This document shows positions 8,510-15,920 of a stretch of 64,000 nt of DNA, in pieces (the first letter of the stretch is position 1; every line of letters starts with the position of its first letter). The notes under the pieces were generated by a model, which had not been told where the DNA came from, did no database searches, and saw only the letters and a program-made list of their open reading frames with translations. The stretch covers positions 15,298-79,297 of the forward strand of contig JACVQJ010000001.1 in the NCBI GenBank assembly GCA_015661075.1, read 5' to 3'. A program made the position numbers and the translations under genes. Origin of the DNA: Parachlamydiales bacterium. GTDB lineage: Bacteria > Chlamydiota > Chlamydiia > Chlamydiales > SM23-39.

Positions 8510-9643
8510 ACATCCAGCCAAACGAGCCGCCAAGTCCTCTAGATCCTGTACCGCATCAGGCGGCACTCTGGTGCCTCCCATGCTCCCCGGGCCAATCCCA
8601 TGATCGTACCCATGATAATCAGAGCCGGGAGTCAGATAAACTTTTCTTCCTGTTTTTTGTTCATAGGCCACAGCTATTTTTTGAATCCGGAAATAGTCAT
8701 CTGGTGAGTTTTCCCAGCCCTGTCGATAGACCTCGAATCCGTCTAGTCCCGCTTCCAATAAATCGTTCGCAAACGATTCGAAGTCGGGATAACCTTTTCC
8801 CGAGTAGGTCAACGGGAATGTTTTGAATTTGAAGATCGTGTAGGGGTGGGCCAAAACGACCACTCCCCCAGCCTGATGAACGATCGCGATCACCGCGCAA
8901 AAAGAAGGGCCGTTGAATGGGATAGCAGCTATTGCTTCGTCGCCGATATATTTGACAAAAGCGTCGCGGTTGTCTTTAGCGTAGCCCTTGGCGACCAGAG
9001 CTTTGGCGATATCCGGGCGAGTGATCTGCCCCTGCAATTGGGCCAGGATCTCTTCCACGGGCGCTTGATCTAGCGAAAGATCTGCCAATCCCAGGCCGTC
9101 CGCCATCCGTTCCGCATTCAATTTAGGGATGAGAATATCCTCCTTGAGTTTGAGCGCCACACCGATCGATGACAACTTGTCCAGGATTTTGCGCATGCGA
9201 TCCAGGCGCTGAACGCTGGAGACTTGGAGAAGCTGGAGAAGGTCTGAATTCGAGGGATCGATGCCGAGGCTTAAAAGGTGGACAGAATCATCCTCGGCGC
9301 TAATCTCCACTCCAGGGATGATGCGCACACCCAGTTCCTGGGCTCTTTTACAGGCCCGAGCCAGGCAAGCGACCGTGTCGTGGTCTGTCAACGCATAATA
9401 ATCAAGCCCTATTTCTTGAGCGATCTCAACCATGGCCTCGGGGGTCTTGATCCCGTCCGAGTAATAGCTATGTGTATGGAAATCCAGGTTGGCTGCCTGG
9501 GAAAAAACCGCTCCAAAAAAAACAATGCAGGCCGCCAGCAAGAGATATCGACCGCCTCTCTGCTCCAGTAACTGACGCTTTTGGATCATAGAGGCTCCTG
9601 CGTTTGTTGACTCAGCTCGACTTAGAATTGGTCCCATGTTCAT
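8477..9643 (-). CDS. PHP-domain phosphoesterase (TrpH/YciV-like) with N-terminal signal/anchor
   Basis: 'LDFHTHSYYSDG...ALTDHDT' and terminal 'GSDYHG' PHP motifs, preceded by hydrophobic 'YLLLAACIVFFGAVFSQA'. Confidence 0.75.
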   Translation of the reverse strand: MNMGPILSRAESTNAGASMIQKRQLLEQRGGRYLLLAACIVFFGAVFSQAANLDFHTHSYYSDGIKTPEAMVEIAQEIGLDYYALTDHDTVACLARACKRAQELGVRIIPGVEISAEDDSVHLLSLGIDPSNSDLLQLLQVSSVQRLDRMRKILDKLSSIGVALKLKEDILIPKLNAERMADGLGLADLSLDQAPVEEILAQLQGQITRPDIAKALVAKGYAKDNRDAFVKYIGDEAIAAIPFNGPSFCAVIAIVHQAGGVVVLAHPYTIFKFKTFPLTYSGKGYPDFESFANDLLEAGLDGFEVYRQGWENSPDDYFRIQKIAVAYEQKTGRKVYLTPGSDYHGYDHGIGPGSMGGTRVPPDAVQDLEDLAARLAGCSAHLRSNTMR

Positions 9644-9773
9644 TTTTCATCAAGGGAATTCGCTTTTCTTTAAATTACTTTTTATGTAGAATGTGGACAT
9701 GTTTCACATGATTGCTCTTGTCTTTGTTTTGTTAATTGGAAATCTTAATCCTGAAGCTCCCACGTATCAATTT

Positions 9774-10151
9774 ATGGGGAAGCATTTTTTGGCGAGCTAC
9801 ATGGATTGCGACACAGACGCCTTATCCGATATCGATGGCACGATTGCTGCAATGGACTCTGCAGTTCGAGCCTCAGGCGCCAATATTCTAGCCAAAACGC
9901 CATACATCTTTCCTCCGAACGGCCTCACCATCGTGTATCTTCTCTCCGAAAGCCATGCCAGTCTCCACACCTATCCTGAACATAACGCCTGCTTTGTCGA
10001 TCTTTTCACTTGTGGAGATCATTGTTCTGCCGAAAAATTCGACAAAATTTTCCGCGCCTATCTCAAACCTAAAAAAGTCAACGCCCACATCTTCCTACGC
10101 CACAATAACATAGAAGAAGAGACTTACTCACAAGATTTTTTGCCTAATTGA
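9774..10151 (+). CDS. speH: S-adenosylmethionine decarboxylase proenzyme (pyruvoyl, class 1)
   Basis: 'LLSESHASLHTYPEHNACFVDLFTCG' self-cleavage/active-site motif. Start placed at Met28 of the listed ORF (ATG 9774), where homologues begin ('MGKHFLASYMDCD'). Confidence 0.8.
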   Translation: MGKHFLASYMDCDTDALSDIDGTIAAMDSAVRASGANILAKTPYIFPPNGLTIVYLLSESHASLHTYPEHNACFVDLFTCGDHCSAEKFDKIFRAYLKPKKVNAHIFLRHNNIEEETYSQDFLPN

Positions 10152-10230
10152 TTAATAAAAGCGGCCCTATGAATTTCAGGAGTATAATAGAGAAAACCCC
10201 AGAATCTTCTCTAAACGTTTTTCTAAAATA

Positions 10231-10911
10231 TCAAGAAGGATAGACGGATCTTGCAATGAAAAAACCAACAATTTTCAAGTTGGGAAAGTTTTTTTGTATT
10301 GTATTGCTAGCGGCTCGGAAGGTTGTCCCCTGTGTTAAAACGTCATCAAAGAGCCATATTTCTTGAATTGCTAAGCTTAGATTATTTGTACTCAGGTAAT
10401 AATTGTCTTCAAGTGCCAGCGGAACGCGGATTTTTGAAACGCGTAAAGAAGGTCTAGACTCTTTTTGCAAGAGGAGTTCAAAAATATTTCCCTGCGGAGA
10501 GAGATGTTGTAGCAATTTCAAATTTCTATCATCGTATTTTGCCGAGCTTCTAACCTCGGATGGTGGGATGGGCACTAATAATGCATTTTTCATGCGTATA
10601 TAAATTTCAGGTGTGTGAAAAATGGAGAGATGGAAAAGATTAGCTGCTTTTTGGATTGCCTCGTCTTTGTAATGCCAATCGGTAAGATCTTTACGACTAA
10701 TTTCTTTTTTGTAATTTCGAATAAGTTGATTTGTGGGGCTATGGCAAGCCAAAGCTCGAGGGGTGAATTCACCTAAATAGTAAAGCTCATCTTCGTGTCG
10801 CAAGTGGGGATAAGATAGTATTAGAAATTCGTCGATCCGTTTAAGGAATGTCGGAGAGATGCTTGCAGATTTCATTGTAGTCTTTTGCTCGAATTGCGCC
10901 TTGTTGTTCAA
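10231..10911 (-). CDS. phosphoribosyltransferase-like protein (ComF-like C-terminus without a zinc finger)
   Basis: C-terminal PRPP-binding loop 'IWLFDDVLTQGTTF'. Only one Cys in the N-terminal half. Overlaps the 3' end of the upstream DprA-like gene by 35-71 nt depending on the start (ATG 10911 or 10875). Confidence 0.6.
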   Translation of the reverse strand: MNNKAQFEQKTTMKSASISPTFLKRIDEFLILSYPHLRHEDELYYLGEFTPRALACHSPTNQLIRNYKKEISRKDLTDWHYKDEAIQKAANLFHLSIFHTPEIYIRMKNALLVPIPPSEVRSSAKYDDRNLKLLQHLSPQGNIFELLLQKESRPSLRVSKIRVPLALEDNYYLSTNNLSLAIQEIWLFDDVLTQGTTFRAASNTIQKNFPNLKIVGFFIARSVYPS

Positions 10912-11758
10912 ATTTTTTCGGCCATGACAGGGATGTGTTGAGGAAGTTGTTTTCTAATATGATCAATTTCCGTCCTTGTTGCAACGCGGCTCTTGCTTGG
11001 ACGAGGGTTCCAGACGTTTCTCCAGCTTCAACTATGATTGTTGCCTGCGTTAAGGCGGACATGGTTACGTTTCTCTCAGGAAAGAAGAAGCGATTTTGGC
11101 GATAGTCCTGTTTTGTATACTTTATGAAGGGCACTTGGCTAATTAAGAGAAAATCTTTTGCAATGATATCCTGTAAGTCCCGGTTTTCTGGTGGATAGTA
11201 CTGATTAAGAGGTGTTCCAATAACTCCAATGGTTACCCCCCCTGCCTCGATCGCGGTTCGGTGTGCTGTAGTGTCTATCCCTCTTGCTAAACCAGAGACA
11301 ATAGCAAATTTATCTGAGATAAGTTTTTTGACCAGATATTGGGTACGTTCAATCCCTTCTGGCGAAGGATTTCGTGTGCCGACTATTGCAATGCAAGGCA
11401 GATAAGCCAATTCCCAGTTCCCTTGATAATAGAGAATCTTTATTGGATAGCGTGCATCTTTTAGATGTTCAGGAAACATACCATCGCCATCGATTCTGGC
11501 GCCAAAATGAGGCAACGCTTTAAGGATTGGTAGTAAGGATTTTTTATATTCAGCAATTAATTTGGGGGCAACAAGAGTTGAAGCGAGACTTTCGGGGTGC
11601 TTAGAAAGCTGAGTTGCAATGGTACGAAATGTAGTGTTGGGGCGACTCCACAATGCTTCATAAGCAGAAATCTCTTCAAGGATGGACAGAACGGAATACT
11701 TGCTCGTGGAATTTCTCATATACTCCATAGTATTCAGATTCGGAACGATTGGTGTCAA
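10841..11758 (-). CDS. DprA/Smf-like (SLOG superfamily) Rossmann-fold protein
   Basis: 'IAIVGTRNPSPEG...VSGLARGIDTTAHRTAIEAGGVTIGVIGTPL...EAGETSGT' DprA core. No C-terminal winged-helix extension. Confidence 0.75.
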   Translation of the reverse strand: MTPIVPNLNTMEYMRNSTSKYSVLSILEEISAYEALWSRPNTTFRTIATQLSKHPESLASTLVAPKLIAEYKKSLLPILKALPHFGARIDGDGMFPEHLKDARYPIKILYYQGNWELAYLPCIAIVGTRNPSPEGIERTQYLVKKLISDKFAIVSGLARGIDTTAHRTAIEAGGVTIGVIGTPLNQYYPPENRDLQDIIAKDFLLISQVPFIKYTKQDYRQNRFFFPERNVTMSALTQATIIVEAGETSGTLVQARAALQQGRKLIILENNFLNTSLSWPKKFEQQGAIRAKDYNEICKHLSDIP

Positions 11759-11845
11759 TGAACTAATAATCGTTTTGATTTTCTGACGGTTCCGCTTTCT
11801 TTAATTGTAGTTGCCGAAAATCGCGGCGAAAGGCTCAAATGCGAG

Positions 11846-12142
11846 ATGCAGGCGATGGAGTTTCAGACGCGGAATGCGTTTAAGGCGCCGCCGAAAGAGT
11901 GGATCGAGCATCGGTTGGGTCAGTTTCGACAGACGCTGGATATGAATACCAAGGCGTCAGCGCTGGCTTTGAAAGATCTTTTAGGGACGATTGAGATGGA
12001 AGCGTTTCCTGGCGAATGTGTAGTCGATAACGGAAATTTAATTCAGAGGAAGCCATATTATCTGGCGAGTTCCAATATCGATACCCTTGCACTCCTTGAG
12101 GAGTGCAAGGGTACGAATTGGTCTCTACTTCGGAAGAGGTAG
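11846..12142 (+). pseudogene. possible remnant of a serine-recombinase C-terminal tail
   Basis: 98 codons. 'EWIEHRLGQFRQTLD..ASALALKDLLGTIEMEAF...YYLASSNIDTLALL' resembles the C-terminal tail of large recombinase-family proteins. The ORF runs 12 nt into the 3' end of tRNA-Ser and has no catalytic domain. Confidence 0.3.
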
Positions 12143-12217
12143 GATTCGAACCCACGAACCCCTCGCGGGGTTTCCTGTTTTCAAGACAGGCGCATTCGGC
12201 CACTCTGCCACTCTTCC
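12131..12217 (-). tRNA. tRNA-Ser (anticodon UGA)
   Basis: Reverse complement folds as a cloverleaf: acceptor GGAAGAG/CTCTTCC, anticodon stem CCTGT/ACAGG with loop CTTGAAA, long variable arm CCCC..GGGG, T-loop GGTTCGAATCC. No encoded CCA. Confidence 0.9.
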
Positions 12218-12220
12218 AAA

Positions 12221-13249
12221 CTATGGAAACTGAGATAAAAATCGTATATCGTTTTGAGTAAACATACGGATATCGGGAATATCATACTGCAAAATGGTTA
12301 ACCGCTCAATACCCATCCCCCACGCGTATCCACTATATTGCTCCGGATCGATGTTCCCCTTCTTCAATACATTCGGATGGACCATTCCCGCCCCGCACAC
12401 CTCCAGCCAGCCGGAATGCTTGCAGAGCCGGCATCCTTTGCCACGGCATGCCGTACAACGCACGTCCACTTCCAAACCAGGCTCGACAAAAGGGAAATAA
12501 CTCGGCCGAAAACGTGTCTGAACCTTCTCACCCAACAGCTTGCTCCAAAACTCGTCCATCGTCGCAAAAAGATCCGCAAACGATACATTGCGATCAATAT
12601 ACAGACCTTCAATCTGATGAAAAAATACGTGCGAGCGAGCAGAAATGTTTTCGTTCCTGAAAGTCCGACCCGGCGCAATGATGCGAATCGGGGGAGCAAA
12701 CTCTTCCATCACGCGGACCTGCACATTGCTCGTGTGGGTGCGGAGCAGCCATTCGGTATTCAGATAAAACGTGTCCTGCATATCGCGAGAAGGATGATCC
12801 GGCGCAAAATTCAAACCCTCGAAATTATAATAGTCTGTATCGACCTCCGGCCCCAGACGCACTGAAAAACCCATACCTGCCAGAATGTCAATCGCGCGGT
12901 CCATCATTTGCATCAGTGGATGCGAACGGCCCAAATACTGACGTCGGCCCGGTAGAGTCGGGTCAATCGCCTCGCTACTGAAACGGGCCAGCATTTCCGC
13001 ATCTTTCAAACGCGATTCAGTGAGATTGCAATGGGAAATGAGCTCCTCTTTCAGATCGTTGATCTGCTTGCCGAGCAACGGACGATCATCCGCTGAGCAA
13101 TTTTTCAATTCGATCATTAGAGCCGGTATAGGGCCCTTCTTGCCAAGGAACTTGACCTTGAGATTTTCTAGATCTTTAGAAGTAGACGCGAGTGTTAGCT
13201 CGTTCAAAAATTCAGAGCGTAACTGCTTAATTTTTTCGGATAGAGACAT
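12221..13249 (-). CDS. pheS: phenylalanine--tRNA ligase alpha subunit
   Basis: Full-length class II PheS alpha ('FRNENISARSHVFFHQIEG', 'GMGIERL'). Sits downstream of rplT as in the classical operon. Confidence 0.95.
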   Translation of the reverse strand: MSLSEKIKQLRSEFLNELTLASTSKDLENLKVKFLGKKGPIPALMIELKNCSADDRPLLGKQINDLKEELISHCNLTESRLKDAEMLARFSSEAIDPTLPGRRQYLGRSHPLMQMMDRAIDILAGMGFSVRLGPEVDTDYYNFEGLNFAPDHPSRDMQDTFYLNTEWLLRTHTSNVQVRVMEEFAPPIRIIAPGRTFRNENISARSHVFFHQIEGLYIDRNVSFADLFATMDEFWSKLLGEKVQTRFRPSYFPFVEPGLEVDVRCTACRGKGCRLCKHSGWLEVCGAGMVHPNVLKKGNIDPEQYSGYAWGMGIERLTILQYDIPDIRMFTQNDIRFLSQFP

Positions 13250-13264
13250 GCCATCGTCCGCCCA

Positions 13265-13410
13265 TTGAAGAACTCCTCCCTGAAAGGAGGAGATTCTTTA
13301 CGTAGCTTTTGGAGGCGGTGCGGCTAAAGCCGCATACCGCATCTCATAAAATAGCTTGCTTAGACCCACCCCTAAAGGGACGGGACTCTAGGCAAGCAGT
13401 GCCGTTCAAA
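13265..13410 (+). repeat. three-hairpin intergenic repeat, copy A
   Basis: TTGAAGAAC-[H1 13273-13292]-[H2 13315-13340]-[H3 13354-13397]-GTTCAAA. Related copies at 43357, 45308 and 57341. Confidence 0.75.
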
Positions 13411-13417
13411 GATCACT

Positions 13418-13444
13418 CCAGATTCGGCGATAAGCCGAATCTGG
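13418..13444 (-). terminator. hairpin immediately downstream of rplT
   Basis: ccagattcggc/gccgaatctgg forms an 11-bp stem with a 5-nt loop, 7 nt after the rplT stop. The U-tract is weak. Confidence 0.35.
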
Positions 13445-13451
13445 TGAGAAT

Positions 13452-13811
13452 TTATGCCGCCAGACCTTGCTTCGCTTTGCCGACAACGGCAGCAAACGCC
13501 TCAGGATCCCTGATAGCTAAATCAGAAAGTATCTTGCGATTAATGGAGCATCCAATCCGCTTCAATCCGTGGATGAACATGCTATAGGAAATTCCATTGA
13601 TCTTCGCCGCAACGCCAATGCGGATCGTCCACAGCCTGCGAAAATCGCGCTTGCGCTGTTTACGGTGTAAATAGTTGAATGCCAGCGCAGACATCAACGC
13701 GTCTTTACTGAGCTTCAGGTGGTTTTTGCGATCGCCATAAAACCCCTTACATCGCTTCAGGAGTTTTTTTGTTCTTCGGCGGGCCGAAACTGCATTTGTA
13801 ATTCTTACCAT
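13452..13811 (-). CDS. rplT: 50S ribosomal protein L20
   Basis: 'MVRITNAVSARRRTKKLLK..GFYG' L20 N-terminus, 119 aa. Confidence 0.95.
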   Translation of the reverse strand: MVRITNAVSARRRTKKLLKRCKGFYGDRKNHLKLSKDALMSALAFNYLHRKQRKRDFRRLWTIRIGVAAKINGISYSMFIHGLKRIGCSINRKILSDLAIRDPEAFAAVVGKAKQGLAA

Positions 13812-13813
13812 GG

Positions 13814-14008
13814 TTATACGCCCATCATGTTCTTGTACATTTTTACTTGGCCTTCATCGACGAGACGTGACTTGCCCAAGCTTCTCTTGCGCTTGGCACT
13901 CTTCTTCGTCAACATATGGCGGCGTCCGGGTCGCATTCTTTTCAGTTTGCCGGTTCCAGTGACGCGAAATCTAGCTATGACTGCCTTTCGGGTTTTCATT
14001 TTCGGCAC
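13814..14008 (-). CDS. rpmI: 50S ribosomal protein L35
   Basis: 'MPKMKTRKAVIARFRVTGTGKLKR', 64 aa. Confidence 0.95.
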   Translation of the reverse strand: MPKMKTRKAVIARFRVTGTGKLKRMRPGRRHMLTKKSAKRKRSLGKSRLVDEGQVKMYKNMMGV

Positions 14009-14549
14009 GGCTGGTCTCTCCTTGCTCAGGTCGTTTAATTGGTTTCGGTCGTTTGCCAGTCGGCGCTAACGTCGTCGACATTGCGCGGCCCAACAACTTG
14101 GGCGTCGCTTCCAGTGCCGCTATATCGGCAAGTTCCAGGCAAAACTGATCCACTACTTTTTGTCCTAAATCCAAATGGAGCATCTCGCGGCCACGGAACA
14201 CACACGTAATGCGAACCTTGTTTCCCTTCAATAGAAACTCGCGTGCATGCTTCACTTTGGTCTGGAAATCGTGCGTGTCGATATTCGGTTTGAATTTGAT
14301 TTCCTTCACCTTAATTTGGACTTGCGCTTTCTTACTGTCTTTTTCCTTTTTCTGCTGATGATAGCGAAACTTGCCATAATCAATGATCTTCGCCACCGGC
14401 GGCTTGGCCGACGGAGAAATTTCAACGAGGTCCAGCCCCGCCTCTTCCGCTTTCGCCAATGCATCGCGCAGCAACAATATTCCTAACTGCTCGCCATCTT
14501 CCGTGATAACGCGCAACCGATCCGCTCGTATTTCTCTATTTATTCTCAA
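13971..14549 (-). CDS. infC: translation initiation factor IF-3
   Basis: 'INREIRADRLRVITEDGEQLGIL...AEEAGLDLVEISPSAKPPVAKIIDYGKFRY'. Non-ATG start (TTG in the ORF track). The basic C-terminal tail overlaps rpmI by 38 nt. Confidence 0.9.
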   Translation of the reverse strand: MRINREIRADRLRVITEDGEQLGILLLRDALAKAEEAGLDLVEISPSAKPPVAKIIDYGKFRYHQQKKEKDSKKAQVQIKVKEIKFKPNIDTHDFQTKVKHAREFLLKGNKVRITCVFRGREMLHLDLGQKVVDQFCLELADIAALEATPKLLGRAMSTTLAPTGKRPKPIKRPEQGETSRAENENPKGSHS

Positions 14550-14583
14550 ACAATTCTCCTGCTAACGCTTGCAGCAACATTTA

Positions 14584-15744
14584 TCATCGCCCGCAATGAT
14601 CTCCAACAAGAGGAAATTCATCCATGCCCAGCGATTCATCGTTTATTTCTAGCAGAAGGGCCAGGTTTCTTTCAACCCACACAGTCGCAGAAACACTCCC
14701 CTTCGGCTTCGGCTCGCGTATGGCCGCTATGACCCATTCGCACTGCAAAGCGTCTCTTACGAGAAACTCTAGCTTCGACTCATCGCCGCCCGTCTCTTCA
14801 TCCACTTCCCAGCCCAAATTCTCAATAGAGCGCTCAATGACACTCTGCTTGCGGCTCTTTCCAGAAAAGCGGATCCGACTGGTAAAGCCCAAAATAGTAA
14901 GAGATTTATGAACGATTTGCAAGAAAGAAATACAATCCCGCTCAAGATCGACAAAAGAAATAATTTGCCATACGAGCGAATGACGATCATCCAGCAGGCC
15001 CCGCATCGCCCTCGATGGCTGTTCAAGCCAGGACAAATGCATCACGGCCATTTTCTGCTTTTTTTCGGAGATCAACGGATACTGGCGCTCATCCCCCTCC
15101 ACCTCGATCGCCATGGAAGAAAAATTTTTCCTCCACATGCCGCATAGCCGGCGCCGCACCTCGAGCCCATCGGGAAGCCAGATCCTCTCCCCATCGATGA
15201 CTTCCCAAAAACCTCGATCAGCCCCCCGCTTCATATGATCCAGATCGGGGAATTGCTGATAGAGCTTGAACCTCGCCTTCAAAGCATCTTTGGAAACATC
15301 TCCGACCCCGATGATTCTATACCGATCCCGGCCCCGGCTGGTTTGCTCGATGAGGCGCACAAACCCCGCCTCTCCCGTGTGCGTGTATGGCAACTCCTCG
15401 CACCAATCGACAAAAGAGCCGATCTGGATCAAAGGGACATACTGATCCTGGCCATGCACCTGGGCGGCCCGCCTGTTTTGGCCATGTTTTTTCAAAAACT
15501 CTGCTGCGCAAAAGGGAATCATTTCCATCACCCGAATCGGCCGTTTCTCCCTGATGATCTGGCGGATACGCTCTTCGAGCAAAACAAGGATTTCTGAAGA
15601 AAACGGCTGGGAAAAGGAAAAATCGCAGTAAAATCCATTACAGACAACTCCTACATCCTCGACGAATAGACCGGGAAGGAATTCGGAGAGGGCTGCCGCA
15701 AGAATGCGCGAGCCTAGGGTTTGGTGCGATGAGTGATTGACCAT
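14584..15744 (-). CDS. truncated, degenerate threonyl-tRNA synthetase-like protein
   Basis: Starts at the ThrRS N2 editing-domain motif region ('HSSHQTLGSRILAAALSEFLPG..NGFYCDF'). Continues into a shortened class II core ('DHMKRG..', 'LDDRH', 'LEFLVRDALQCEW'). Lacks the TGS domain, most of the motif 2 region, the 'HRA' zinc-ligand histidine and the anticodon-binding domain. Confidence 0.6.
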   Translation of the reverse strand: MVNHSSHQTLGSRILAAALSEFLPGLFVEDVGVVCNGFYCDFSFSQPFSSEILVLLEERIRQIIREKRPIRVMEMIPFCAAEFLKKHGQNRRAAQVHGQDQYVPLIQIGSFVDWCEELPYTHTGEAGFVRLIEQTSRGRDRYRIIGVGDVSKDALKARFKLYQQFPDLDHMKRGADRGFWEVIDGERIWLPDGLEVRRRLCGMWRKNFSSMAIEVEGDERQYPLISEKKQKMAVMHLSWLEQPSRAMRGLLDDRHSLVWQIISFVDLERDCISFLQIVHKSLTILGFTSRIRFSGKSRKQSVIERSIENLGWEVDEETGGDESKLEFLVRDALQCEWVIAAIREPKPKGSVSATVWVERNLALLLEINDESLGMDEFPLVGDHCGR

Positions 15745-15748
15745 TTAA

Positions 15749-15822
15749 TGGGATATAGTTGACTCGAACAACCGACCTCCACGATGTCAACGTGGCGCTC
15801 TAACCAACTGAGCTAATACCCC
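15749..15822 (-). tRNA. tRNA-Val (anticodon GAC)
   Basis: Reverse complement GGGGTATTAGCTCAGTTGGTTAGAGCGCCACGTTGACATCGTGGAGGTCGGTTGTTCGAGTCAACTATATCCCA. Anticodon loop is TTGACAT. The 3' end lies 5 nt from the start of the ThrRS-like ORF. Confidence 0.9.
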
Positions 15823-15920
15823 GAAAATCGAAAGAAATGATACGCCATCGTTCATTTGCGAACAACAGTGAAAATTTGATTTTCTGACGCATCAATATTA
15901 TTTTTTAGATTGGGTCGAAA

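Noticed and set aside
9693-9773. N-terminal extension of SpeH that would add a signal-peptide-like segment
   Set aside because: Homologous AdoMetDC proenzymes begin at the equivalent of Met28 ('MGKHFLASY..C'). The extension depends on a non-ATG start, so a secreted SpeH is not supported.
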